This document shows, one piece after another, positions 62,485 through 64,000 of a DNA stretch of 64,000 nucleotides. The position numbers and the translations under genes were made by a program. The stretch spans positions 37,202,001 to 37,266,000 of the forward strand of contig NW_024704743.1 of NCBI RefSeq assembly GCF_018977255.1. Direction: 5' to 3'. The notes under the pieces are model-generated. The model ran no database searches and was not told where the DNA came from. It worked only from the letters and a program-made list of their open reading frames with translations. Each line of letters opens with the position of its first letter. Within the stretch, counting starts at the first letter, position 1. This DNA is from Callorhinchus milii (Eukaryota).

Positions 62485-64000
62485 AGTGACTCTCTGGACA
62501 GTGACCCTCTCTCTAGATACAGTGACTCTCTCTGAACACAGTGACTCTCTCTGAACACAGTGACACACTCTGGACACAGTGACACACTGGATACAGTGAC
62601 ACACTGGACACAGTGACTCTGAACACTGACTCTCTGGACACAGTGACACACTCTGGATACAGTGACTCTCGACACTGACTTTACGGACACAGTGACTCTC
62701 GCTGGACACAGTGACTCGCTGGACACAATGACTCTCTCGTTGGACACAGTGACTCTCTCTGGACACTGACTTTCCGGACCCAGTGACTCTCTCGCTGGAC
62801 AGTGACTCTCGTTGGACAGTGTATCTCGCTGGACACAATGACACTCACTGGACACAGTGACACTCGCTGGTCACAGTGACACTCGTTGGACACAGTCACA
62901 CTCGTTCTGGACAGTCACACTCTGGACACAGTGACTCTCTGGACACTGACTTTTTCTCTCTGGATACTGTGACTCTGTCTCTGGACACAGTGACTCTCTG
63001 TCTCTGGACACAGTGACTCTGTCTGGACACAGTGACTCTCTGTCTCTCTGGACACAGTGTCTCTCTCTGGACACAGTGACTCTCTCCTCTCTGGACACAG
63101 TGCCTCTGTCTCTGGACACTGTATCTCTGTCTCTGGACACAGTGACTCTCTCTCTGTCTCTGGACACAGTGTCTCTGTCTCTGGACACAGTGACTCTCTC
63201 TCTGTCTCTGGACACAGTGTCTCTGTCTCTCTGGACACAGTGTCTCTGTCTCTGGACACAGTGTCTCTGTCTCTCTGGACACAGTGCCTCTGTCTCTGGA
63301 CACTGTATCTCTGTCTCTGGACACAGTGTGTCTGTCTCTCTGGACACAGTGTCTCTGTCTCTCTGGACACAGTGTCTCTGTCTCTCTGGACACAGTGTCT
63401 CTGTCTCTCTGGACACAGTGCCTCTGTCTCTGGACACTGTGTCTCTGTCTCTGGACACAGTGACTTTCTCTGTCTCTGGACACAGTGACTCTCTGTCTCT
63501 GGACAGTGTCTCTGCCTCTGGACACTGTATCTCTGTCTCTGGACACAGTGCCTCTGTCTCTGGACACAGTGCCTCTGTCTCTGGCCACTGTGTCTCTGCC
63601 TCTGGACACAGTGCCTCTGTCTCTGGCCACTGTGTCTCTGTCTCGGGACACAGTGCCTCTGTCTCTGGACACAGTGCCTCTGTCTCTGGACACAGTGCCT
63701 CTGTCTCTGGACACAGTGCCTCTGTCTCTGGACACAGTGCCTCTGTCTCTGGACACAGTGTCTCTGTCTCTGGACACAGTGCCTCTGTCTCTGACACAGT
63801 GCCTCTGTCTCTGGTCACTGTGCCTCTGTCTCTGGACACAGTGCCTCTGTCTCTGGCCACTGTGCCTCTGTCTCTGGACACAGTGCCTCTGTCTCTGGCC
63901 ACTGTGTCTCTGTCTCTGGACACAGTGCCTCTGTCTCTGACACAGTGCCTCTGTCTCTGGACACAGTGCCTCTGTCTCTGGACACTGTGTCTATGTCTCT
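62485..64000. repeat. Tandem satellite/minisatellite, ~21-bp unit TGCCTCTGTCTCTGGACACAG, continuing past the window end
   Basis: Dozens of tandem units, degenerate on the left and homogeneous on the right. Gives 7-aa periodic ORFs (RDRGTVS / PETEALC). Confidence 0.97.

Noticed and set aside
62428..63940. Repetitive 130-350 aa ORFs, and a possible CRISPR-like array
   Set aside because: Translations of a tandem satellite. There are no unique spacers and the context is eukaryotic.

Overview
Vertebrate genomic DNA, most likely from a cartilaginous fish (inferred from the repeat content, not proven). Two spliced protein-coding genes lie on the + strand in the same order as in human. (1) The last three coding exons of mitochondrial leucyl-tRNA synthetase LARS2: 2653-2764, 8034-8161 and 10728-10910. 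(2) The full 8-exon LIMD1 (Ajuba/Zyxin-family LIM protein), with CDS from 31260 to 56050 and GT-AG sites at every intron. As written, LIMD1 exon 1 is frameshifted. The conserved N-terminal frame stops at 31544 in an ATGA overlap with the downstream frame, and adding one base gives a 677-aa protein. The rest of the window is densely packed with tRNA-derived SINEs (Deu-type), L2-clade and CR1 LINE fragments and old palindromic repeats. It also holds a CpG island with a ~640-bp pyrimidine tract and a 21-bp satellite running off the right edge. Almost all short ORFs in the track are spurious or repeat-derived. I cannot support a wholly new biological system here. The most interesting signals are the LIMD1 frameshift/stop-start overlap, a ~70-bp inverted repeat bracketing in-frame exon 7, an AT-to-GC substitution burst in a SINE next to the CpG island, and a cluster of non-B-DNA-prone motifs at the LIMD1 promoter. 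Repeat boundaries are approximate and were read by eye.
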